In this document: one piece after another, positions 55,353 through 64,000 of the stretch
Numbering within the stretch: the first letter of the stretch is position 1
Layout of the letters: the number at the start of each line of letters is the position of its first letter
Origin: Microcoleus sp.
Lineage (GTDB): Bacteria; Cyanobacteriota; Cyanobacteriia; Cyanobacteriales; Microcoleaceae
DNA: 64,000 nucleotides
Reading direction: 5' to 3'
Assembly: GCA_042408215.1 (NCBI GenBank)
Contig: JAYFMW010000003.1
Location: forward strand, 224,001-288,000
Notes under the pieces: model-generated
Databases searched by the model: none
What the model saw: only the letters and a program-made list of their open reading frames with translations
What the model was told of the DNA's origin: nothing
Made by a program: the position numbers and the translations under genes

Positions 55353-56555
55353 ATGGTTCAAAAAATTGGCATTCAAGGATTGTATTATATTGTTCATTTT
55401 AACAATATCCTTTCTATTTTAGAAAAGGGTATTATGTGTCACGAGTCGATCGAAAGTGAGGGATTGAATAACACGCCTATATACAATAGTCAAATAGTTG
55501 ATAGTCGTTCTAGAAGAATAGTTTATGACAATAAATCTTTGTGGAGTTTTGCTAATCTTTACTTTCAACCACGCAATGCAATGCTTTACTCAGTTATCAA
55601 TAAAACAGCCGTTCATCAAGTGGCTATTATCTGCATCAAAAAGAAAATATTAGATAGAAAAAAGATTTTTATTACTACAGGTAATGCTGCCAGTTCCGAT
55701 TCCCAAATCATTCCCATTGAGGAAAGTGAAAAGTTTTTACCTCAAATCAGGAAGGAAATAGATAAAACATGGTGGAATAATGAAGATGGGTCAAAAAGAA
55801 AAATGATGGCTGAATGCTTGGTTCCAGAACGGATTGCGCCAAGTTATATTCAAATGATTTATGTTGCTTGCGATCGCGCCAGAGAAGATTTAGGAAAACT
55901 GCTGCTTGCTTGTGACAAGCCTAGTATTTCTGAGATCCCTATTACTGTTGAACCTGAAAGATTTTTTCAACCAGTCTGGAGTGCTAGGCTTACTTCCAAG
56001 GTTTCTCTGATTCGTGGAGATATGTTTTTTTCAAGAATGCAAACTCTTACTGTTAGCGTTAATTGTGTGGGTGTCATGGGCAAAGGATTGGCATCAACAG
56101 CAAAAGATCGTTTTCCTGATGTATATGTCAGGTATGAAAAAGTGTGCAAAGATAAGAGTTTGCAGATAGGAAAACCATACTTATACAAACGTGAGTCATC
56201 GGTCACAGAACAATTAGCAGATCATACATTATTGCCTTCAGACAATGTTAACGACAACTATCAAACATGGTTTTTCTTGTTTCCTACAAAGAATCACTGG
56301 AGAAATAATTCAACTATTCTTGATATTGAGAATGGCTTGCAGTGGCTTGCTGAAAACTACAAAAATGAAGGGATAAAGTCCTTAGCAATCCCGGCACTTG
56401 GATGCGGACTTGGTGGTTTAGATTGGCGAGACGTTGGTCCTCTGATGTGTAAGTATTTGACTTCTATGGATATTCCTGTAGCCATATATTTACCATCCGA
56501 AGGAAAAATTTCAGATGAGTTAGTGTCACGCGATTTTTTGCTGTCTCAAGTATAG
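55353..56555 (+). CDS. DarT (DUF4433) DNA ADP-ribosyltransferase fused to a DarG-type macrodomain
   Basis: N-terminal YIVH..NI.SIL..G, LYFQPRNAMLY, GNAAS, MAECLVP; C-terminal GDMF, VNCVGVMGKGLA, FPTK.HWR, IPALGCGLGGLDW. Confidence 0.88.
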   Translation: MVQKIGIQGLYYIVHFNNILSILEKGIMCHESIESEGLNNTPIYNSQIVDSRSRRIVYDNKSLWSFANLYFQPRNAMLYSVINKTAVHQVAIICIKKKILDRKKIFITTGNAASSDSQIIPIEESEKFLPQIRKEIDKTWWNNEDGSKRKMMAECLVPERIAPSYIQMIYVACDRAREDLGKLLLACDKPSISEIPITVEPERFFQPVWSARLTSKVSLIRGDMFFSRMQTLTVSVNCVGVMGKGLASTAKDRFPDVYVRYEKVCKDKSLQIGKPYLYKRESSVTEQLADHTLLPSDNVNDNYQTWFFLFPTKNHWRNNSTILDIENGLQWLAENYKNEGIKSLAIPALGCGLGGLDWRDVGPLMCKYLTSMDIPVAIYLPSEGKISDELVSRDFLLSQV

Positions 56556-56681
56556 TTTTGAATTTTCATTCTTCAGGCTTAGGAATATGAATATGTTCAT
56601 GCTTCCTTTCAGTGAATTTACATAAAAATTGCCGCCAACAACATCAGTCTATTGCTAGTGGCAAAAAACTGATTAACAGTC

Positions 56682-56951
56682 TTATTTCACAGGCTTAGTT
56701 GAATTAGCACAAAACTTTTCATCTACAATAGCTGAACTGATATTAACAGCCTGCATGGGCGATGAGGGAATAACTAAGTCTTGGGGAGCGACTACCATTT
56801 TTTTACACACAAGTTCGCTGCTGCCTACAGAGGCAAAGTTCCAAGCGTAAAATTGGGGATTGCTGACTGTCGCAGCGGCTGGGTGTATACCTAGTGCTGT
56901 CAGCAATACTAATTCTAATGTCACTAAAGCTACGATCGCGAATCTCAGCAT
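56682..56951 (-). CDS. Small secreted hypothetical protein
   Basis: Signal-peptide-like N-terminus ending PAAA; two cysteines. Confidence 0.6.
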   Translation of the reverse strand: MLRFAIVALVTLELVLLTALGIHPAAATVSNPQFYAWNFASVGSSELVCKKMVVAPQDLVIPSSPMQAVNISSAIVDEKFCANSTKPVK

Positions 56952-57135
56952 ATTCTTTTTTGAACCTGAAAACTCACATGATTACTATTATCTATTATTA
57001 CCTGGGTTTTCCTCAACGTCAATAGCACAGTCTTGGACGCATGGGGGGCTAAAAACCCGGTTTCTGTGTCAATATTTATCGCAAAAGTGATGATTTTTGG
57101 AAGAAACCGGGTTTTTGGCGTCAGCCCTATAGCAG

Positions 57136-59052
57136 TTATTCCGCCACTAGATTCAACTCATAGGAAATAGGCTCAGATGCCTGAGAAACTACTACAAATT
57201 CATAATAACCGGAATCATCTAGCAATCCTGACCAACTAAGTCCTTCTGCATCTTGCAGCAAAGCTCGCGCGGCCTTTGTCCGCCCCGGAGTATAAATTGA
57301 GAGGAGAGTAGATTTACCGGGAGCTTGCAAATTTACCCGCAGAGTTTGATTTTGAGCGAGTCTGGCTATGTAAGCTTTCCCTTCTCCGGGTTTGAGATTG
57401 CCTTTGAGGGTTTTGCTAGAAGCTCGGTTTTCAAATTCAATGCTTTCGATAGTTGCTCCTGCTTGCAAGGCTTCTAGGGCGTCGGCTGTAATTGCTTGCC
57501 AAATTTGTCCGATCGCCAAACCAATGATATTACGATCGCGTGGCTGTGTTGGAAACAGATCAAAAAACTTAGCATCAGCCAAATCGTACAGCGCCCGACT
57601 GCTCAAATTTATCTTGTTAACCTCAGTTTTCCAGCGATTGATATCAGTGATGTCGTAACTTCCCAACTTCTTTCTAGCGTTACTGCTGATTTTTTCCAAT
57701 TTGTCAAGTAACTCGTCACCGATTTTTTGCCACCTTTCCCGCCATTCGCGATCGCTATCTCCTTCTTTTAACAGCCTTCCTCCCAATTCCGGGTATTTGG
57801 CATAGAAAGTCTCGTCTACAAGGCTGATGTAACCATTATAAAATCGATCGTCAATTCCTAGTCGTTGAAAGCGATCGCGCAAAGCATCTTCTTGCTGCTG
57901 TTTCGGGCCCGTAGACTGGGGAGTTTTCTGCACCTGAGACTGAAGATTTAACAAAAAATTACCCGCAAACCAGCCAACTCCCCCCATACTTGACAACACC
58001 GCCACCACCAGCAAAACCATTTTCCAAGCCGGCAACTTTTCCTGACTGCGAATATTAGCCATTGACACCGGAATTCCAGGCAGTTTCGGGGCGGGCACAG
58101 TCATCGGCTGCAACTCTGGCGGCGGCTGCGTGGCTGGAAATTCCGGTGTTGAAGCAGAAAAAGATGGCTGCGGGTGAGGCACTAAACGCGGATTGCCAGA
58201 GAGAGCGAGCAAAACCTCGCGGGCTGAGGAAAAGCGATCGCTCGGCCCGTGAGCGAGCATTTTATCCAACACCAGGGCCAAATTTGGAGACACTGAACAT
58301 TGCGATCGCCAATTCCAATTCAGGGTATGGCTGTCGATCAACTGATGGGGTTCCTTCCCCGTCAGCAGCACTAAAACCGTTGCCGCCAGAGCGTACAAAT
58401 CGCTGTGGGGATACACAATCCCCATCTGCATCTGTTCGGCGGGGGCGTAGCCGAGTTTACCGATGCGAGTCGCGGGGGCGGGAGTGCTGTTAGTCTCAAC
58501 GAAAAGAGACTCTACGGTGGCGGCAACTTGTTTTACCCCGCCGAAGTCGATTAGTACCGGCATCCCGTCTGACGATCGCAGAATCAGGTTATCTGGGGAG
58601 ATGTCGCGGTGAATCACTCCCAAAGAGTGTGTGTATTCCAGCACTGGTAAAAGCTGGATCAGCAGTTGATTGATTTCTGCTTCTATGAAGTGCAAACCCT
58701 GACGCTTGCGGGCGTCCAGCAGAAAGCGGTATGTTTGGCCCGGTATGTAGTCTTGGACGAGAAATAGGTAGCCTCGATCGTTAATATTCACCCGAAACAG
58801 TTCGCGGAAGTTCGGGATTTGGTTGTGTTTCAGCTTGTAGAGCACTCCCGCTTCTCGCTCGAACAAGTCCTCGGATTTTTGCAATGCGTAACTCCCCTGT
58901 ACTTGGGGCGCAAATTCTTTTAAAACGCAGGGTTCGTTAAATCGGTGAGCATCTTCAGCGAGGTAGGTGCGCCCGAAGCCGCCTTGTCCCAATTCGCGGA
59001 CAATACGGTAGTGGTTGCTGAGAGTAATGCCGGGGTAGATAGGATTGGTCAT
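57136..59052 (-). CDS. Hanks-type Ser/Thr protein kinase with TM and extracytoplasmic domain
   Basis: LGQGGFG, VLKEF, HRDISPDN, IDFG, GYAP.EQ; Pro-rich linker and TM. Confidence 0.94.
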   Translation of the reverse strand: MTNPIYPGITLSNHYRIVRELGQGGFGRTYLAEDAHRFNEPCVLKEFAPQVQGSYALQKSEDLFEREAGVLYKLKHNQIPNFRELFRVNINDRGYLFLVQDYIPGQTYRFLLDARKRQGLHFIEAEINQLLIQLLPVLEYTHSLGVIHRDISPDNLILRSSDGMPVLIDFGGVKQVAATVESLFVETNSTPAPATRIGKLGYAPAEQMQMGIVYPHSDLYALAATVLVLLTGKEPHQLIDSHTLNWNWRSQCSVSPNLALVLDKMLAHGPSDRFSSAREVLLALSGNPRLVPHPQPSFSASTPEFPATQPPPELQPMTVPAPKLPGIPVSMANIRSQEKLPAWKMVLLVVAVLSSMGGVGWFAGNFLLNLQSQVQKTPQSTGPKQQQEDALRDRFQRLGIDDRFYNGYISLVDETFYAKYPELGGRLLKEGDSDREWRERWQKIGDELLDKLEKISSNARKKLGSYDITDINRWKTEVNKINLSSRALYDLADAKFFDLFPTQPRDRNIIGLAIGQIWQAITADALEALQAGATIESIEFENRASSKTLKGNLKPGEGKAYIARLAQNQTLRVNLQAPGKSTLLSIYTPGRTKAARALLQDAEGLSWSGLLDDSGYYEFVVVSQASEPISYELNLVAE

Positions 59053-59181
59053 CTCGATCGGTAGATTTTTGGTAAACTGTCACGACTCCTGTTTGCTCGG
59101 ACTATATCAAAAATACTATCCTTAATTGGTATTGAAATGCGATCGATCCCGGTGCAAAAGGTGTATTTTCAGGAGCAAATT

Positions 59182-60720
59182 ATGCAGGAAGAACAGCGTC
59201 AGCGAGCATTTACAGCATTTCAAGAGTTTTTGAACACAGCCCTTGAGGAACGATTGCAACAGCAGCAGGAGCCATCTCCCGAAACAGTTGCGATAGCACT
59301 TTTTCAAAACGTCGCTGCAACGGTTCCCGCTTACCAGACTTTTCTATCTGAACATAACATTAATCCTGCTGGGATTCAAACCTTTGAAGACTTCCAAAAA
59401 TTGCCGCTAATTACCAAAGACAATTATTTGCGCTGTTACCGACTAGCTGAATTGTGTCGCGGTGGTAAATTAGCAACTTGCGATTTCATGGCCGCTTCCT
59501 CTGGTTCCACAGGAAAACCCACATTTTGGCCGCGTTTCCTCAGCGATGAGTTGCAAATTGCTACTCGCTTTGAACAAATATTTTACGACAGTTTTTACGC
59601 CGATACTCGCTCAACTTTAGCTGTGATTTGCTTTGCGTTGGGGACTTGGGTTGGGGGAATGTACACGGCTAATTGTTGTCGCCATTTAGCGAGTAAAGGT
59701 TATCCCGTGACGGTGGTGACACCGGGAAATAATAAAACAGAAATATTTCGAGTTGTGCAGGAACTTGGAGCAGATTTTGAGCAAGTGGTATTGTTAGGAT
59801 ATCCACCGTTTGTTAAGGATGTTATTGATAGCGGCATTGCTGCGGGTGTGGAGTGGGAAAAATATCGCATTAAGATGGTGTTTGCGGGGGAAGTGTTTAG
59901 CGAAGAATGGCGGAGTTTGGTTAGCGATCGCACTAATTCTGACAATCTATATTACAACTCTGCCAGCCTTTACGGTACGGCCGATGCAGGGGTTTTAGGC
60001 AACGAGACACCCCTGAGTATTTGCATCCGCCGCTTTTTAGCAAATAATCCTGAAGCTGCACGCAATTTATTCGGAGAATCGCGGTTGCCAAGCCTGATGC
60101 AGTACGATCCAAACAGTCGCTTTTTTGAAGTGAATGATGACGGCACATTGCTATTTTCTGGGGACAATGGCATCCCATTAATACGTTATCACATTTCCGA
60201 CAATGGTGGCTTAATTTCTTATGAAGCAATGCTCGATTTTTTAGCAGCATGGGGATTTAACCCTGGGGAAGATTTGCAACAAGCAGCAGCTTTAAATTTA
60301 TTGCCAAATTCAGATTTTCCTAGAGGAATTCGGCGACTACCATTTGTCTATGTATTCGGGCGATCGCACTTTACGGTTTCCTACTTCGGTGCTAACATTT
60401 ACCCAGAAAATGTCACCGTGGGTTTAGAGGTTCCCAAGATTCGGGAATGGGTGACGGGAAAGTTTGTCCTGCAAGTTAGGGAGGATTCGGATCGAAATCG
60501 GTTTTTATCTGTGGTTGTGGAATTAGCACCGGGGGTGGAGGGCGATGAGGAGAAGAAAAGGGCGATCGCATCTTCTATTCTCTCGCAATTGCGGCGGCTA
60601 AACAGCGAATTTGCCAACTATGTACCGCCAGAATATCAGTTACCTATTGTGACGCTAACTGCGACGGGGGATGCGGAGTATTTTCCTGTGGGTGTGAAGC
60701 ATCGATATACGCGGCAGTAA
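59182..60720 (+). CDS. Phenylacetate-CoA ligase family (ANL adenylate-forming) protein
   Basis: SSGSTGKP, YGTAD, RYHISD.G, GR and NIYP motifs; start could be 59137. Confidence 0.85.
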   Translation: MQEEQRQRAFTAFQEFLNTALEERLQQQQEPSPETVAIALFQNVAATVPAYQTFLSEHNINPAGIQTFEDFQKLPLITKDNYLRCYRLAELCRGGKLATCDFMAASSGSTGKPTFWPRFLSDELQIATRFEQIFYDSFYADTRSTLAVICFALGTWVGGMYTANCCRHLASKGYPVTVVTPGNNKTEIFRVVQELGADFEQVVLLGYPPFVKDVIDSGIAAGVEWEKYRIKMVFAGEVFSEEWRSLVSDRTNSDNLYYNSASLYGTADAGVLGNETPLSICIRRFLANNPEAARNLFGESRLPSLMQYDPNSRFFEVNDDGTLLFSGDNGIPLIRYHISDNGGLISYEAMLDFLAAWGFNPGEDLQQAAALNLLPNSDFPRGIRRLPFVYVFGRSHFTVSYFGANIYPENVTVGLEVPKIREWVTGKFVLQVREDSDRNRFLSVVVELAPGVEGDEEKKRAIASSILSQLRRLNSEFANYVPPEYQLPIVTLTATGDAEYFPVGVKHRYTRQ

Positions 60721-60746
60721 ACCGTAGTTTTTGGAGGAGGCGATCG

Positions 60747-61553
60747 CTAAATTGTATCAGGATCGATGTTTAATTCTCGCAATTTAGCGGCCAGGCGATC
60801 GGCTCGTTGTTGAGCCAATTCTTTCTGCTGACGTTCTGAATCAGCTCGTTGTTGAGCCAATTCTTTCTGCTGACGTTCTGAATCAGCTCGTTGCATTTCC
60901 CTTTCCGTTCGTTGTTGAGCAAATTCTTTTTGCTGACGTTCTGAATCAGCCACCTCTTCAGGAGTAGGAACTAGCTCTCCATAATCGGTAAAAAATCGCA
61001 GTTTATTCTGATGAATTCCCAAATACAACTCCAGCTCGTCACTCCACAAATATCCTTGAGAATTCGGTGCTAGTGCTTGGTATTTACCATTCACCAAATG
61101 AAATCCCGCAAACTCTAACGTATAGGGATCGAACCAAAAATAGTCTGGGGTACGAAATGTGTCTTGATAGAGTTTTTTCTTAAATTCGCGATCGGTATTA
61201 GCTGTTGTCGGTGACAGCATTTCTACAATCACATTAGGGTATTTTCCATCTTCTTCCCAGACTACCCAGCTTTTCCGAGGTTTGCGTTCGGTTCCCAGTA
61301 CCACAAAAAAGTCTGGGCCTCGAAAGTCTTGCGATTTACGTTGATTCTGACTGTAATAAATCGTGAGATTGCCGGCAACATAAAAGTCGTTTCTATCTCG
61401 CCACAGCCAATCTAGACATTGGAGGAGTAAAATTATTTGTCGCAGATGCAGTTCAGTTTCCAAGGGAGGTTCGTCACTGTATAAATCGCCTTTCGGAAAG
61501 ATAACACGTTCTGGGATGTCTTGGGAAGTCGCTAATTCTGGGATGACGGACAT
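60747..61553 (-). CDS. Uma2 family endonuclease (copy 1)
   Basis: GPDFFVV, PNVIVEMLS..T...D...KK.LY, YFWFDP; C-terminal coiled-coil repeats. Confidence 0.92.
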   Translation of the reverse strand: MSVIPELATSQDIPERVIFPKGDLYSDEPPLETELHLRQIILLLQCLDWLWRDRNDFYVAGNLTIYYSQNQRKSQDFRGPDFFVVLGTERKPRKSWVVWEEDGKYPNVIVEMLSPTTANTDREFKKKLYQDTFRTPDYFWFDPYTLEFAGFHLVNGKYQALAPNSQGYLWSDELELYLGIHQNKLRFFTDYGELVPTPEEVADSERQQKEFAQQRTEREMQRADSERQQKELAQQRADSERQQKELAQQRADRLAAKLRELNIDPDTI

Positions 61554-61649
61554 GGCGGCTTAGTTTGGTGTCAGAGGTTGTGCTTCTATTTTAGCTTTTA
61601 ATTTTGAAACCAGGTCAAATCAAGGTAGTTTGGAGCAAAAGGGCGATCG

Positions 61650-62456
61650 CTAAATTGTATCAGGATCGATGTTTAATTCTCGCAATTTAGCGGCCAGGCG
61701 ATCGGCTCGTTGTTGAGCCAATTCTTTCTGCTGACGTTCTGAATCAGCTCGTTGTTGAGCTAATTCTTTTTGCTGACGTTCTGAATCAGCTCGTTGCATT
61801 TCCCTTTCCGCTCGTTGTTGAGCAAATTCTTTTTGCTGACGTTCTGAATCAGCCACCTCTTCAGGAGTAGGAACTAGCTCTCCATAATCGGTAAAAAATC
61901 GCAGTTTATTCTGATGAATTCCCAAATACAACTCCAGCTCGTCACTCCACAAATATCCTTGAGAATTCGGTGCTAGTGCTTGGTATTTACCATTCACCAA
62001 ATGAAATCCCGCAAACTCTAACGTATAGGGATCGAACCAAAAATAGTCTGGGGTACGAAATGTGTCTTGATAGAGTTTTTTCTTAAATTCGCGATCGGTA
62101 TTAGCCGTTGTCGGTGACAGCATTTCTACAATCACATTAGGGTATTTTCCATCTTCTTCCCAGACTACCCAGCTTTTCCGAGGTTTGCGTTCGGTTCCCA
62201 GTACCACAAAAAAGTCTGGGCCTCGAAAGTCTTGCGATTTACGTTGATTCTGACTGTAATAAATCGTGAGATTGCCGGCAACATAAAAGTCGTTTCTATC
62301 TCGCCACAGCCAATCTAGACATTGGAGGAGTAAAATTATTTGTCGCAGATGCAGTTCAGTTTCCAAGGGAGGTTCGTCACTGTATAAATCGCCTTTCGGA
62401 AAGATAACACGTTCTGGGATGTCTTGGGAAGTCGCTAATTCTGGGATGACGGACAT
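61650..62456 (-). CDS. Uma2 family endonuclease (copy 2)
   Basis: Identical to copy 1 except one residue (T/A in RTERE/RAERE). Confidence 0.92.
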   Translation of the reverse strand: MSVIPELATSQDIPERVIFPKGDLYSDEPPLETELHLRQIILLLQCLDWLWRDRNDFYVAGNLTIYYSQNQRKSQDFRGPDFFVVLGTERKPRKSWVVWEEDGKYPNVIVEMLSPTTANTDREFKKKLYQDTFRTPDYFWFDPYTLEFAGFHLVNGKYQALAPNSQGYLWSDELELYLGIHQNKLRFFTDYGELVPTPEEVADSERQQKEFAQQRAEREMQRADSERQQKELAQQRADSERQQKELAQQRADRLAAKLRELNIDPDTI

Positions 62457-62568
62457 GGCGGCTTAGTTTGGTGTCAGAGGTTGTGCTTCTATTTTAGCAA
62501 TGTTTTAATATCGGTGTTAGATACCCGACTTCGCAGAAGTTGTCGGGTATCTGGGTATTTTGCTAACT

Positions 62569-63657
62569 TTATTTACCGTCAGTTGATTTGAGAGCAGCCA
62601 GAATTTCCGGTCGTTTCATCCGTGCGTAGCCGCGCAATTTCCGCTCTTTCCCGATCGCCTTCAAGCGTCTCAGCGACAGACTGTCGTAGTCTTCCAGCGG
62701 GGATTCAAACTGGAACTCCAACTGCAACTGCGGTAGCTGAGGTTTCGCCTGCGCCTTCGACTGCTTCTTAGGCTGGGTTTTTGACAGGGTTTTCGCCTTG
62801 ATCTCTGGCTGTATTCCTGAGTTATTGGCCACGGCTCCTAGTTGGCTGCGGACTGTTGCAATTTGATTTTTCAGGTCGAATTCTACGTCTTTGATTGTGT
62901 CCGCAACGAACTGATTAATTATTGCGACTGTGCGTTCTAATTTGATTGACAGCAATTTCTCCAATTCATCCAACTGTGTTAACGCACCTTCAAGATTCAT
63001 CTCATAAATAACCGCAGAGCTCGGAGGGATATCGCTGCCAGATTGCTCAATTTTTTTAGCCAATTTATCTACCTTTTCGTTAAATGTTTGTTCAACTTTT
63101 TCTATCGAACCCTTAATCTGTTCTATTTTGTCACCCTCGAACTTCTGCTCAGTTAGAGATTTTACTTGTTTTTTGAGCAGGTCTTCATTTTTTTTAACAG
63201 ATTGTTCTATTTGTTTTGTTAGACTCTCTATCTTTTTTTGAAATGAGCGCTCAAATTGTTGCAGTAGAGTCTCAATTTGTGCATTTTTTTGAGTCGGTTG
63301 CGGAGCTAAAAGTTCCATTTCTGCTTGAGCAGCAACTACTTCCTCGTCGCTCATTTCAAAAACCCAAGCCCACATTTGTTCAAGGCCGAGTTCTTTAGCA
63401 ACGATACACCAATCAGCGCCGCAGACAACTTCGTATTCTTCTTCGTTGCTGTAAGCTTCAGTCCGGCGTACAATTAAAGGAATCAAGTTGCTCCCTTGTT
63501 CGATTAGACTTCTCCTGAGAGCTTCGCGGCGATCGCGAGGAATTTCCCCCCGCTGAGGATATGGTATCGCAATTTGGGAAGTGTAAATTTGACTGTGACT
63601 AATTGGCTTAATCCGCAAATATTCAATTATTCGGTTTTGATCTTGCGATCGATCCAT
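62569..63657 (-). CDS. ParB/Srx-like N-terminal domain + coiled coil + Rho_N-like C-terminal domain protein
   Basis: IPLIVRR...YEVVCG in the N-terminus; LSLRRLKAIGKERKLRGYARMKRPEIL at the C-terminus. Confidence 0.7.
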   Translation of the reverse strand: MDRSQDQNRIIEYLRIKPISHSQIYTSQIAIPYPQRGEIPRDRREALRRSLIEQGSNLIPLIVRRTEAYSNEEEYEVVCGADWCIVAKELGLEQMWAWVFEMSDEEVVAAQAEMELLAPQPTQKNAQIETLLQQFERSFQKKIESLTKQIEQSVKKNEDLLKKQVKSLTEQKFEGDKIEQIKGSIEKVEQTFNEKVDKLAKKIEQSGSDIPPSSAVIYEMNLEGALTQLDELEKLLSIKLERTVAIINQFVADTIKDVEFDLKNQIATVRSQLGAVANNSGIQPEIKAKTLSKTQPKKQSKAQAKPQLPQLQLEFQFESPLEDYDSLSLRRLKAIGKERKLRGYARMKRPEILAALKSTDGK

Positions 63658-63907
63658 CTTCTTACAAGTCCCCTTTTGTCATTGAAATCAGGTGTTTTAG
63701 GTATTTATGTATATCTACGCGGTTTTTGTGGGGCGACATCCCTGGCGATCGACAAAGTTACTGCAATTCCTAAAACAAGCGACTGCGATCAGTTTAACTG
63801 GCTGGGGGACACCAATGATACATCGCTTAACTCATCTTTACTTTTTTTAGCGTAGAGACTCACTCGGCTAACGTTCCCAGTGGGCACAGGGCCTGTTTTA
63901 TTGACCC

Positions 63908-64000
63908 GGAGATCCCCCCTAGCCCCCCTTAACAAGGGGGGGACAAGAGCATTCAAAGTCCCCCTTATTAAGGCGGGATTTAGGGGGATCTGAACCTGAT
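63908..64000. repeat. Partial copy of the CCCCCCTTAAnAAGGGGGG element
   Basis: GATCCCCCCTAGCCCCCCTTAACAAGGGGGG...GATTTAGGGGGATCT. Confidence 0.8.

Noticed and set aside
63660..63900. ParA-like gene upstream of the ParB-like ORF
   Set aside because: All minus-strand frames contain stops in this interval, and a repeat element follows.

Overview
This is a chromosomal window from a filamentous cyanobacterium, probably Oscillatoriales (Microcoleus/Tychonema-like). The inference rests on very frequent HIP1 GCGATCGC sites, heptamer STRR tracts and several families of dispersed palindromic repeats. Most genes are housekeeping or metabolic: clpB, treS, 5-oxoprolinase, two sppA, aroH, crtR, pyk, ilvE, frmA/fghA, fni, ylqF, pgk and tRNA-Thr(CGT). 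The most interesting accessory features are: (1) a single-ORF DarT ADP-ribosyltransferase/DarG-type macrodomain fusion with both catalytic motifs retained; (2) a PD-(D/E)XK-like + ABC ATPase + TOPRIM-like three-gene candidate defence module; (3) a divergent HTH-AAA_35 regulator facing an NfeD-SPFH-pilin-AAA_35/WD40 cluster, with three phased 11-bp direct repeats between them; (4) three TnpB elements, one of them interrupted by a 299-bp non-autonomous element; (5) intergenic palindromic repeats recruited in frame into proteins; (6) a HIP1-bounded tandem duplication of a Uma2 gene. All family calls come from motif recognition by eye; no database searches were run.
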